Source: a virus
Direction: 5' to 3' (one strand)
Length of the DNA: 64,000 nt
IMG/VR virus record: IMGVR_UViG_3300042937_000216
Location: 32,001-96,000 of that record
In this document: positions 45,442 to 54,910 of the stretch, one piece after another
Numbering within the stretch: position 1 is the first letter of the stretch
How the letters are laid out: each line of letters begins with the position of its first letter
Notes under the pieces: model-generated
What the model was told of the DNA's origin: nothing
The model's input: the letters and a program-made list of their open reading frames with translations, nothing else
Database searches by the model: none
Position numbers and translations under genes: made by a program

Positions 45442-47061
45442 ATGAAAACAGACATTCAAATCAATCAATCAGCAGACCTACTACCAATTACAGCCGTTGC
45501 CGGTTCTATTAATGTACGAGACGAACAGTTAGAAGTGTATGGTAGTAGGAAAGCTAAACTAAACATAGAAGCACTTGCTGACCGTCCTGGTCGAGATAGC
45601 AAGTTAATCTTAGTAACAGCTATTACTCCGACTCCCGCAGGTGAAGGTAAAACTACCACAACTATTGGACTAGCAGATGGCCTACGTAAGTTAAACTACA
45701 AGTCAATTGTATGCCTACGTGAACCTGCGCTAGGTCCAGTGTTTGGTATGAAAGGTGGAGCAACTGGTGGCGGCTATGCGCAAGTAGCACCAATGGAAGA
45801 CATTAACCTACACTTTACAGGTGACTTCCATGCTGTCGCATCAGCTCATAACCTACTAGCTAGCCTCATAGATAATCATTTACATTGGGGTAACAGGCTC
45901 AATTTAAACACTAACAACATCACATGGAAACGTGTAAGCGACATGAACGATCGTGCGTTACGCGACGTTTGTGTAGGTCTGGGAGCCCATAACAGCGTTA
46001 CACGACAGTCAGGATTTGACATTGTAGTGGCGTCAGAAGTAATGGCTATCCTATGTTTGGCCAACGACTTCAAGGACTTAAAAAAGCGTTTAGGTAAGAT
46101 CACTGTAGGCTACACACAAGACGGTAAGCCTGTTACAGCTAAAGATCTTAAGGCACATGGTGCTATGGCCGCATTACTAAAAGAAGCCGTTAAACCTAAC
46201 CTAGTACAGACCTTAGAAGGCACTCCTGCGCTAGTACACGGTGGTCCATTTGCCAACATAGCACATGGTTGTAACAGTGTTATTGCTACTAAGCTGGCTA
46301 TGAAGTTAGCTGACTACGTAGTAACTGAAGCAGGCTTTGGTGCTGACTTGGGTGCTGAGAAGTTTATTAACATTAAGTGTCGTAAAAGCGGTCTTAAACC
46401 TGACGTAGTAGTGCTTGTAGCAACAGTTAGAGCCGTTAAACATCAAGGTAACTACGACAACCTAGATAAGCATATAGCCAACATTAAGACATGGTATAAC
46501 CTGCCTTGTGTAGTTGCTATTAATCGTTTTAAAGATGATACTGACCTTGAGATTGCGGAATTAATTGAGCACATCAAAGAAACATTTGACATTGAAGCAG
46601 TTGAATGTACACACTTTGCTAATGGTGGCGATGGTGCCACAGACCTAGCACACGAAGTTGTTATTGCTATTGATCGATCAAAACATCAGATGGCGCTGAC
46701 CTACGAAGATGATGATACACTGTGCGATAAGATTGAGCAAGTAGCTCGTAAAATTTACGGTGCTTACCATATAACTATGGATGCCAAGGTCACTAAACAT
46801 TTAGAAGAACTACAACGAGATTATGGACATTATCCTGTTTGTATTGCTAAAACACAAAGCAGTTTCAGTGATGATCCCGCTAATAAATTAGCCGCAACTG
46901 AAGGACATGTCTTAACAGTGCGTGAGTTAAAACTATGTACGGGTGCTGAGTATATCGTAGCAGTCTGCGGTAACATTATGACCATGCCAGGCTTACCAGA
47001 ACGACCAAACGCAGAAAAGATCAGTATCAATTCTAAAGGTGAGATCACAGGATTAGATTAA
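45442..47061 (+). CDS. fhs: Formate--tetrahydrofolate ligase
   Basis: [68 protein letters not shown]. Confidence 0.97.
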   Translation: MKTDIQINQSADLLPITAVAGSINVRDEQLEVYGSRKAKLNIEALADRPGRDSKLILVTAITPTPAGEGKTTTTIGLADGLRKLNYKSIVCLREPALGPVFGMKGGATGGGYAQVAPMEDINLHFTGDFHAVASAHNLLASLIDNHLHWGNRLNLNTNNITWKRVSDMNDRALRDVCVGLGAHNSVTRQSGFDIVVASEVMAILCLANDFKDLKKRLGKITVGYTQDGKPVTAKDLKAHGAMAALLKEAVKPNLVQTLEGTPALVHGGPFANIAHGCNSVIATKLAMKLADYVVTEAGFGADLGAEKFINIKCRKSGLKPDVVVLVATVRAVKHQGNYDNLDKHIANIKTWYNLPCVVAINRFKDDTDLEIAELIEHIKETFDIEAVECTHFANGGDGATDLAHEVVIAIDRSKHQMALTYEDDDTLCDKIEQVARKIYGAYHITMDAKVTKHLEELQRDYGHYPVCIAKTQSSFSDDPANKLAATEGHVLTVRELKLCTGAEYIVAVCGNIMTMPGLPERPNAEKISINSKGEITGLD

Positions 47062-47119
47062 ATATTTTTGTAATACTCCATCATACGCTATTGTCTAGCT
47101 CCTAGTGTGATGGATCTTT

Positions 47120-47153
47120 AAGCCCAAGTGGAAACATTTGGGCTTCTTTTTCT
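47120..47153 (+). terminator. Intrinsic terminator (preceded by a second hairpin 47077-47114)
   Basis: AAGCCCAAGTG-GAAA-CATTTGGGCTT-CTTTTTCT. Confidence 0.8.
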
Positions 47154-47189
47154 CTTGCTATTCAGAACTAAAGAAGGTATACTAATAGT

Positions 47190-48314
47190 ATGTTAAGCTA
47201 TCATCATGTCGAAGACTACTTAGAATACCTAGCAGGATACGATCCCGGTAGTCAAGCCATGTGGATCACACCCGTGCGTAAAATTAGTCTTGCTCGATAT
47301 GATGTACAGATTGTAGACAGCATGGCCAATAATACATTATTTGGTTCAGCGTTAACTGATCGTCAAGGCGAGCTAGTGATCAAACTGATACTTAAATATC
47401 GTAGGCAATTTACCAACAACGGTATTGACATTACTCCTGTAGAAAACCCACAGTTCAGAATGCCAGTGCGTAAAATTGATCGTAGTAGATCAATTTGGAT
47501 TGAAGACGATATTATCAAACTAAAGTTTCCCTACAATCAAGATTACATACAACAGATACGAGAGTTTAAAGACTCAAGTCAAGGATCTGCTCGCTGGGAC
47601 AATGATAAAAAATTGTGGGCTGTGGCAATTACTGAATACAATGTCAACTGGCTAGTAAGTTGGGCACAGAGTAATCAATTTGAAGTATCACAAGGCCTGC
47701 TGGCGTTAATGGATCAAATACTAAAGGCAGAACAGAAACCATACGAAATCAAATTAGTTAAAACAGCAGATGGATACACTGTCACTAATGCTGCTAAGAG
47801 CCTATTAGAATATATTAAACGTTATGATAACGACCCGATTAAACTAGTAGATGCTTCGGGCGTGTTGTGCTACACAGTTGATGCCGACATATTAGAACAG
47901 TGTTCGATTGATTACGGTCCGGCATTAGAATATATCGGCACCAGACACAATGTACACCTGAGCCCAGTTACTGATGCTGGGTATTGGGATTGGGTACTAG
48001 ACTATGCTGAACTAACACAGCGTTATCCAATATGCGTATATGACCCAGGCATGTCCACAGAATTAGATTTGAGTAGATTTAGTCAAGACGACATTGTTTA
48101 TTTTGATCATAATGGCAAAACTAAGACTAGCAATTATAACCCATATGGTGTTAAAGTAGTATATGCTCGTAGAATTCCTAAGTGTTGGGACTTTCCGGTG
48201 CCTTTACTTGTCAGCACTGCCGAAATGATGTTTGGCGGCAAACGACTAGAATGGTTAAACAAAGCAGAGAAGATAGTGTACCTAACCAACACTATTATAA
48301 ATGAGAAAAACTAA
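47190..48314 (+). CDS. Hypothetical protein upstream of UvsW (HARP-like segment)
   Basis: LKFPYN...I..IR......RWD...K.W motif; promoter 47155-47183. Confidence 0.6.
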   Translation: MLSYHHVEDYLEYLAGYDPGSQAMWITPVRKISLARYDVQIVDSMANNTLFGSALTDRQGELVIKLILKYRRQFTNNGIDITPVENPQFRMPVRKIDRSRSIWIEDDIIKLKFPYNQDYIQQIREFKDSSQGSARWDNDKKLWAVAITEYNVNWLVSWAQSNQFEVSQGLLALMDQILKAEQKPYEIKLVKTADGYTVTNAAKSLLEYIKRYDNDPIKLVDASGVLCYTVDADILEQCSIDYGPALEYIGTRHNVHLSPVTDAGYWDWVLDYAELTQRYPICVYDPGMSTELDLSRFSQDDIVYFDHNGKTKTSNYNPYGVKVVYARRIPKCWDFPVPLLVSTAEMMFGGKRLEWLNKAEKIVYLTNTIINEKN

Positions 48315-49771
48315 TGGCCACAGCTAGACTATTAATTAAAGATGAAGTGAACGTAAAGATTGAAGGCTTAGATCTACACGAACGTAAAGAACTCAGTAAC
48401 AAGTTCAAATATGAAATACCTGGTGCTAGATATTTGCCCGCAGTTCGTTTGGGTCGTTGGGATGGTAAGGTAGCGTACTTCCAAATGGGCGGTAGCACAT
48501 ACATTAATCTACTCAATGACATTATACCCTATTTAGACAGTCGTGGTTATAACATTGAAATTGAAGATGTTAGAGATTATCGTACACAGTTTGATTTCCA
48601 ACAGGTAACAGAGAGTACATTCGCACACAAGGTATGGCCCGAGAAACACCCAATGGTAGGACAGCCTATTACCCTACGTGACTATCAAATTGACATTGTC
48701 AATAACTTCTTAACCAATCCACAGTGTATACAAGAAATTGCCACAGGTGCTGGTAAAACAATCATGACAGCCGCACTAAGTTATAGCTGTGAAGCCTATG
48801 GGCGTACAATCGTCATTGTACCAAACAAAAGCCTAGTAACACAAACAGAAGCAGACTATATTAACCTAGGCCTAGACGTTGGCGTATACTTTGGTGATCG
48901 TAAAGAGTTTGGTCGTACACATACTATCTGTACTTGGCAGAGTCTAAACATTCTATTAAAGAATACCAAAGGTGGTGAAGCAGATGTTACTATCGGTGAG
49001 TTCATTGAGGGTGTTGTCTGTGTAATGGTTGACGAAGTACACATGGCCAAAGCAGATGCGCTTAAGACCTTGCTCACTGGAGTAATGTCACACATACCAA
49101 TTCGTTGGGGCCTAACTGGTACCATACCCAAAGAGCCATATGAGCAGGTTAGTCTACTGTGTAGTCTTGGCCCTGTGATAGGTAAACTCAGTGCTAGTGA
49201 ACTACAAGAACAGGGTGTGTTGGCCAACTGTCATGTGAATATACTACAGTTAATTGATCATGTAGAGTACAAGGACTATCAAAGCGAGTTACGCTATCTA
49301 TTAGAAACAGAAGGTAGACTAGACTACATCGCACAGCTGGTAGAAAGCATACGCAAGACAGGCAACACATTGGTATTAGTTGATCGTATAGCACCAGGTA
49401 AGGCATTGATTGAAAAGATTAGAGGTGCTGTGTTTGTTTCTGGGGGAACTAAAGCAGATGATAGAAAAGAAAGCTATGATGAGTTTGCCACAAGTGATGA
49501 CGTGGTTGCTGTGGCCACTTACGGTGTTGCGGCAGTGGGTATTAATATTCCTCGTATTTTTAATCTTGTACTTATCGAACCTGGTAAGAGTTTTGTCAGG
49601 GTTATTCAAAGCATTGGACGTGGTATTCGTAAAGCAGAAGATAAAGACTTTGTTCAGATCTGGGACGTAACATCAACATGTAAATTTGCCAAACGGCATA
49701 TTACAACACGTAAGAAATTTTACAACGAAGCAAACTATCCGTTTGTGGTTGAAAAGGTAGATTGGCAGTGA
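48314..49771 (+). CDS. uvsW: SF2 DNA helicase UvsW-like
   Basis: LRDYQ, ATGAGKT, DEVH, LTGT, GINIP, QSIGRG.R. Confidence 0.88.
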   Translation: MATARLLIKDEVNVKIEGLDLHERKELSNKFKYEIPGARYLPAVRLGRWDGKVAYFQMGGSTYINLLNDIIPYLDSRGYNIEIEDVRDYRTQFDFQQVTESTFAHKVWPEKHPMVGQPITLRDYQIDIVNNFLTNPQCIQEIATGAGKTIMTAALSYSCEAYGRTIVIVPNKSLVTQTEADYINLGLDVGVYFGDRKEFGRTHTICTWQSLNILLKNTKGGEADVTIGEFIEGVVCVMVDEVHMAKADALKTLLTGVMSHIPIRWGLTGTIPKEPYEQVSLLCSLGPVIGKLSASELQEQGVLANCHVNILQLIDHVEYKDYQSELRYLLETEGRLDYIAQLVESIRKTGNTLVLVDRIAPGKALIEKIRGAVFVSGGTKADDRKESYDEFATSDDVVAVATYGVAAVGINIPRIFNLVLIEPGKSFVRVIQSIGRGIRKAEDKDFVQIWDVTSTCKFAKRHITTRKKFYNEANYPFVVEKVDWQ

Positions 49772-50484
49772 CAACCTTAGTAGCCTGTGGATGTAGTTTT
49801 TTAACTACTAGTTATTTTAAGTACCGAGAGATACAGGGCAGTGACTGGCCAAAATTTGATACCTACGATTTTACTGCTAGTGTGTTAGATGAAATGGCAG
49901 AGTTTAATTACTCACACAATGTGAATTTTGTTGATCTATATGCTGTAGATAAACAATGGGATTATATCAATTTGGCCAGTCCAGGCGCAACTAATTTTTT
50001 TATTAGACTACAAATTGAAGAAGCAGTAAAAATCAAACCTGACTATGTCGTTGTGGCTGCTACTAGTTCAGATAGATTTGAAATACCCTTAGGTCAATTT
50101 GAATATGCCAGATTAACTAAGAACTATAACGAACTTAATAATACTGTTAGTTCAAAAATGACAGACTGCTATGACCTAACCAAAGAAAAAGAAACAGCAA
50201 TTAAACATTATACTAGCCAGCTGTTTGATATAGGACTATTAGAAGCAAAAAGTTATTTTTACCTTCAAAGCGGATTAGATCTATTAGAGAAAAATAATAT
50301 ACCCTATGTATTCATACCGGGTCCAATGAAACATAAAGATTGGCAGGGTAGAGATATTATTTGGGAAGATACTGGCCCTTGGGATTTACCTTACGGTCTT
50401 GCCAAAAACAATAACCATAATGCGTTGGCGGCACACCAAGAGTTCTTACAGACTCTTAACGAACTTACTATTAACTGGAACTAA
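49762..50484 (+). CDS. SGNH-like hypothetical protein
   Basis: ACGCSF, NLA.PGATN, C-terminal NH....H. Confidence 0.55.
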   Translation: MAVTTLVACGCSFLTTSYFKYREIQGSDWPKFDTYDFTASVLDEMAEFNYSHNVNFVDLYAVDKQWDYINLASPGATNFFIRLQIEEAVKIKPDYVVVAATSSDRFEIPLGQFEYARLTKNYNELNNTVSSKMTDCYDLTKEKETAIKHYTSQLFDIGLLEAKSYFYLQSGLDLLEKNNIPYVFIPGPMKHKDWQGRDIIWEDTGPWDLPYGLAKNNNHNALAAHQEFLQTLNELTINWN

Positions 50485-50486
50485 CT

Positions 50487-50987
50487 ATGTACATACTAAC
50501 ATTAGAAAATCAAGCATATGAGATGAATGAAATACCAGACGAGATCGATGATCTACGTTTTGCTATATTAGATAACAGTGATCCAAAGAATCCAGACTAT
50601 TTCTTTATTCCCTTGATCTTCTTAGAAAGTTTCAACAGTCCGGCATTGGTCCTAAACATTGGCGGCAACCTAATTAAAATGCCTGCGGACTGGCAGGTAC
50701 TAATCGGTGAGCCAGACTTTGGGGACCTAGAAGTTATCCCATTAACATCAATTAATGACCGTGGCTTTAGTGTGTTTACATTCAATCCATTAGACAGCTT
50801 TAAACCTAAGTTTGAACCAATTGAGATAGTGGATATCTATCAAGATGTCAAATGGTATTTCCCTAAACTTAAGCCAGGGCAGATGTTAGCAGTGCCAATT
50901 AACGAAAGTGAACACCCTATGTGTGCTTACTTTGTCAAAGACATTAGCCGTCAAAGTGAAGTAGTAGACTACGGTAAGATATGGTAA
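50487..50987 (+). CDS. Conserved hypothetical phage protein
   Basis: PLIFLESF.SP, WYFPK motifs; 166 aa. Confidence 0.7.
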   Translation: MYILTLENQAYEMNEIPDEIDDLRFAILDNSDPKNPDYFFIPLIFLESFNSPALVLNIGGNLIKMPADWQVLIGEPDFGDLEVIPLTSINDRGFSVFTFNPLDSFKPKFEPIEIVDIYQDVKWYFPKLKPGQMLAVPINESEHPMCAYFVKDISRQSEVVDYGKIW

Positions 50988-51205
50988 TCAAACTTAATCC
51001 CGCTGTGATAACGGACGACATGATGTACGAAGGTGGCGTAGAACCCCTGGACAGCGTGCCAGAATATACCCCAATAGCACAAATAAAAGAAGATAAATTA
51101 TGGGGTGAAATTCGTCGTGCGGCTCGGACAAATAAGACTTTACAAACCGCACTTGATCATGCTATAATGATATATAAGTTAAGCGAGGAATATAAAAATG
51201 TTTAA
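50981..51205 (+). CDS. Small hypothetical protein
   Basis: LW.EIRRAA.TN..LQ.ALD motif. Confidence 0.6.
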   Translation: MVIKLNPAVITDDMMYEGGVEPLDSVPEYTPIAQIKEDKLWGEIRRAARTNKTLQTALDHAIMIYKLSEEYKNV

Positions 51206-51434
51206 CCCAGAACAATTTAAAGCAAAGAAAAAGCGAGCAGTTGATCCTAATGCTCCGCCGCGTCCTAACCTATTAAGTCAGGATAAAAAGCTACGTGAGC
51301 AACAGGATGTAGTAGTACGCTTACAAATGATGATTAAAGACCAAGCGGAAGAAATTGCCAAACTAAAGAACAAGTACACTGACATGCAGGCCAGTGTTAA
51401 TCAAATTTTAAATGTATTGCGCAAAGGTAGATAA
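51198..51434 (+). CDS. Small coiled-coil protein
   Basis: GAGGA RBS; heptad C-terminus. Confidence 0.65.
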   Translation: MFNPEQFKAKKKRAVDPNAPPRPNLLSQDKKLREQQDVVVRLQMMIKDQAEEIAKLKNKYTDMQASVNQILNVLRKGR

Positions 51435-51910
51435 TGGCCACAGATTTTAACAGTCCGCTTTACATAGGTAATGAAATGGCGGCCTTTGATCGTAAGGATC
51501 GTAAGTACTATGATAAGTTCACTGATGAAGAACGTAAACAGTTTAGCACGTATCTAATGTTGCGCTATGGTGCTAGTGTAGAAGGTAGTAATGATCTACA
51601 GGCCTACTATCTAATGGCCACAAATGAACGTGTAAATAAGAACTTCTTTGATCTAGGCAAACATCCTAAACTACAGTGGTTACTATGTTCTACAGTTAGT
51701 CCCGGCATGGGCAAGCAAAAGCACTACTGGCAGGCTAGTAAAAAGAAAGAAGGCGGCAATAACAAAGCAGAAAAGTTCCTAGCAGAACTTTATCCAGAAC
51801 TTAAACAAGATGAAATAGAATTGTTAGCGGCAATCAATGATAAAAGAGATATTACAGACCTGGCAAGAAAACACGGGCTCGATGACAAACAAGTCAAGTC
51901 CAAGTTATAA
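51434..51910 (+). CDS. Possible clamp-loader small subunit (T4 gp62-like)
   Basis: Size and F..YL..R..S...N...N....HP.LQ...W pattern; replication context. Confidence 0.45.
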   Translation: MATDFNSPLYIGNEMAAFDRKDRKYYDKFTDEERKQFSTYLMLRYGASVEGSNDLQAYYLMATNERVNKNFFDLGKHPKLQWLLCSTVSPGMGKQKHYWQASKKKEGGNNKAEKFLAELYPELKQDEIELLAAINDKRDITDLARKHGLDDKQVKSKL

Positions 51911-52580
51911 GTGTAGATATTGCGATAAAGAGTTTCGTAAAGAATCTACTCTTTCGGCGCATCTTTGTGAAACTAAACGTCGTTACCAACAGGAAAAAGA
52001 AATTGGTGTACAGTTTGGGCTACAGGCATATCTACGATTTTATGAAATGACACAGGGTTCAGCTAAACTCAAAGGCTATAAGGAATTTGTAGACAGTCCT
52101 TACTACAGTGCCTTTGTTAAGTTTGGTCGTCACATGGTGGCTATACGTGCTGTGAATCCGCGTATGTTCATTGAGTATGTGATTAAAGAAAATAAGAAAC
52201 TTGACCATTGGTGTCATGACAAGGTCTATGTAGAATATCTACACACATACCTTAAGAAAGAAGCAGTTCAAGATGCGATTGAACGTGCCCTAACAGAAAT
52301 GCAGGAATATACAGATGAGACTAAAATGCTTGCCAGCTTCAATGACTATTTTAGATATGGCAATGAGAATAGGATTTGCCATCATATTGCCAATGGTCGT
52401 GTTAGTCCTTGGATTGTTTTTAATTGTGATAGCGGGGTCGAATTTCTTAGTGGACTCACTGAAGAACAGATTGCTATCATTCTTCCGTGGATAGACCCGG
52501 ACTTTTGGCAACGTAGGTTCCAAGACTATCTGGCAGATACAGAGTGGGTTAAACAAATTCTTAAAGAGGCAGGCTTATAA
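51882..52580 (+). CDS. Zn-finger-containing hypothetical protein
   Basis: YKCRYCDKEF.....L..H.C. Confidence 0.65.
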   Translation: MTNKSSPSYKCRYCDKEFRKESTLSAHLCETKRRYQQEKEIGVQFGLQAYLRFYEMTQGSAKLKGYKEFVDSPYYSAFVKFGRHMVAIRAVNPRMFIEYVIKENKKLDHWCHDKVYVEYLHTYLKKEAVQDAIERALTEMQEYTDETKMLASFNDYFRYGNENRICHHIANGRVSPWIVFNCDSGVEFLSGLTEEQIAIILPWIDPDFWQRRFQDYLADTEWVKQILKEAGL

Positions 52581-52771
52581 TGGAAGAAGTTGTAGCATTA
52601 TTGAATGAAATCAAGGGCGAGATAATTAGCCTACAAACTGAATTGTTGTTGGTGAAGTTTGCTATTGAAGAAGTAGAACGCCGTACAGAATATATTTCAG
52701 AGAATTTACATCTAGCACAGGACAATGCTCCTATGACAGCTCAAGGAAAGTTACGTGTTGAAAAGTTTTAA
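52580..52771 (+). CDS. Small hypothetical protein
   Basis: TAATG coupling, 63 aa. Confidence 0.55.
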   Translation: MEEVVALLNEIKGEIISLQTELLLVKFAIEEVERRTEYISENLHLAQDNAPMTAQGKLRVEKF

Positions 52772-53345
52772 GTCCGACGTTGACATTGACTTTGCTGATC
52801 GTGAGCAGGTATTGGCAGTATTAGATACTACATCGGCTAGTATTATTCGTGACGGCAAGTTAACCAAGCATAACACAGGTGTCTATGCTACTGATATACC
52901 TACAGATCCGTTTACAGGATTCTCTAGTTTAGATTATAACGATGCTGAAGAGCGTGGTTATATGAAGTTAGACTTTCTTAATGTAAACTTATATAAACAG
53001 GTTAGGGATGAAGCACATCTAGTTGAACTAATGCGTGAACCTGATTGGGCTAGATTATATGATCCGGCAATATGTCAGCAGTTAATTCACATTAACAATC
53101 ACTATGATACATTACTTAAAATGCCTGAGCCTGTGGATACTATTCCTAGACTGGCTATGTTCCTAGCAGTTATTCGTCCAGCTAAAAGACATTTAATTGG
53201 TAAGACTTGGCGAGATGTTGCGGCTGATGTGTGGACTAAACCTGCGGATGATGGATACTACTTCAAACGTGCCCATGCCGTTTCCTACGCACAACTTGTA
53301 GTCGTTAATATGAATTTATTAGTAGAACAACAAACGCAATCATAG
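52755..53345 (+). CDS. Minimal DnaE (Pol III alpha) catalytic-core-like protein
   Basis: DVDIDF..R, KH..GV, GYMKLDFL, LAVIRP, YFKRAHA.SYA in DnaE order within 196 aa. Confidence 0.75.
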   Translation: MLKSFKSDVDIDFADREQVLAVLDTTSASIIRDGKLTKHNTGVYATDIPTDPFTGFSSLDYNDAEERGYMKLDFLNVNLYKQVRDEAHLVELMREPDWARLYDPAICQQLIHINNHYDTLLKMPEPVDTIPRLAMFLAVIRPAKRHLIGKTWRDVAADVWTKPADDGYYFKRAHAVSYAQLVVVNMNLLVEQQTQS

Positions 53346-53380
53346 CGTGTGCTTTTTTAATTATTATACTAAATAATAGT

Positions 53381-54001
53381 ATGATAACATATCCAAGAAA
53401 GTGTCCTGTATGTGAATACATAGCAAATAATCCTGCTATGTATTCGTACCATAAACAAACTCATCAATCTATTCCAGCAGATACCTTATGTCATTTTGGC
53501 TGCGGTAATACAGCTACCCATCGAAATACTGGCGGCAAGTATACTTGCAAATCAAAATATCAAGAGTGCCCTTCTTATATAGATCAATTAAGTAATCGAA
53601 CAAAGAAAAGTTGGGAAGGCGCTATTAAAAGAAAAGAAGAAACAAAAAAATGTTTCTATGAGCATTGTAGCGGAAACGAAATTGCTCGCAAAAAAGCAAA
53701 ACAGTCTATTAAAGAAAAATGGGGAGATTTTACCCCAGAACAAATGAAAGATTTTAGGCAATATGCTAGACGTATTAGAGTTAGAGCACAGCGATGGGCA
53801 AAAGCACAAGGATATAGTTTAGGTCAGCGAACATATCATGTTGATCATAAGTTTAGTATATGGGATTCATGGTTGGCTAGTCTGCCAGAAAGTGTAGTAA
53901 ATCATCCTGCCAATTTAAGAATTTTAGAAGCGAATGAAAATTCATCTAAAGGTGCTAAGAGTTTATACACTCTTGAAGAACTATTAATGTTAACTAACTA
54001 A
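53381..54001 (+). mobile_element. HNH-type homing endonuclease-like protein
   Basis: YHVDHKFSI...NHPANLRIL...ENSSKG C-terminal HNH; N-terminal Cys/His Zn motifs. Confidence 0.75.
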
Positions 54002-54372
54002 CCTACTTTGCGAATCAGTGTAATACTACGGCGCTTACTGCGTTTCTGAGCTATTTCTTTTAGACTAACGTAAGGGCCGTGCTGTATAAGAACGTCCTTG
54101 CTGTTGAATGTTTTTAAACAGGGTCTAAACTCTACCCAATCTAATTTTAGAAATACATTGATAGGCACTAGCCTATTACTTTCCCACCACCACTGATCTG
54201 CCAGCGACAAAAAACGTTCTTTTTGATCTAGCGTGCGTAGAGCTGAAAAATCGTAGATTGTAGTGATGATCTCATCTGCGTTTTGTACAATGCCAATGTA
54301 GTCATTACCTCCGTAGGTCAGATAGCTAATAAATGGGTATTGGTCTAATAAATTCTTGTAACTATCTTCCAT
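53998..54372 (-). CDS. Conserved hypothetical phage protein
   Basis: YPF, YIGIVQN, WWWESNR.VPIN.FL; only convincing minus-strand gene in the window. Confidence 0.75.
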   Translation of the reverse strand: MEDSYKNLLDQYPFISYLTYGGNDYIGIVQNADEIITTIYDFSALRTLDQKERFLSLADQWWWESNRLVPINVFLKLDWVEFRPCLKTFNSKDVLIQHGPYVSLKEIAQKRSKRRSITLIRKVG

Positions 54373-54409
54373 ACGACTCGCGATAAATACTCTAAAGGAT
54401 CAAGCAAAA

Positions 54410-54910
54410 GTGCCTGTAATCACAAGTTATTTATATCAGAATATTTTCACTGTTCAGATTTTGGACTATAACGATCCTGCCATTTCTGACAGAAGGAACA
54501 ACATCGTGTATCAAAGACCAATCGAAATTTATCGCGGGGCAGATAACCCTATTGTTATCAAATTTAAGAACCAAGATCAAAAGACGGCTAATATTGCTGG
54601 ATTGACATTTAGTGGTTACATTATTGATTATTTGAAAGGCAATGTTGTATCAAACGTGAGTGTAACGGTTAGTAATGTCAGCACAGCTACAGCAAATTGT
54701 ATGCTGACTAGTGATTTTATTAACACACTACCGCAGAGCAGATACAAACTTGCGTTCCTAAAATACAATGGTGTACATGAAACACCTACTTATAGTGATG
54801 ATAACTATGGCGTCTATGCTGAACTAAGAATTAATCCAGCATTTGAAACAGACGCATTTACATCAAGCACTACAGACTACAGTGGCAACGTTGACCTAGG
54901 TATAATATAA
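54410..54910 (+). CDS. Structural protein (BppU N-terminal-like)
   Basis: IYRGADN.I...F.N.DQK; ATAAATA at 54383. Confidence 0.55.
   Translation: MPVITSYLYQNIFTVQILDYNDPAISDRRNNIVYQRPIEIYRGADNPIVIKFKNQDQKTANIAGLTFSGYIIDYLKGNVVSNVSVTVSNVSTATANCMLTSDFINTLPQSRYKLAFLKYNGVHETPTYSDDNYGVYAELRINPAFETDAFTSSTTDYSGNVDLGII

Noticed and set aside
26528-47061. Bacterial chromosome or host contamination (ahcY, fhs, porins, rmlB)
   Set aside because: These genes are interspersed with phage genes and share the same strand, composition and ATAAATA-type motifs; read mapping is still needed to exclude it formally
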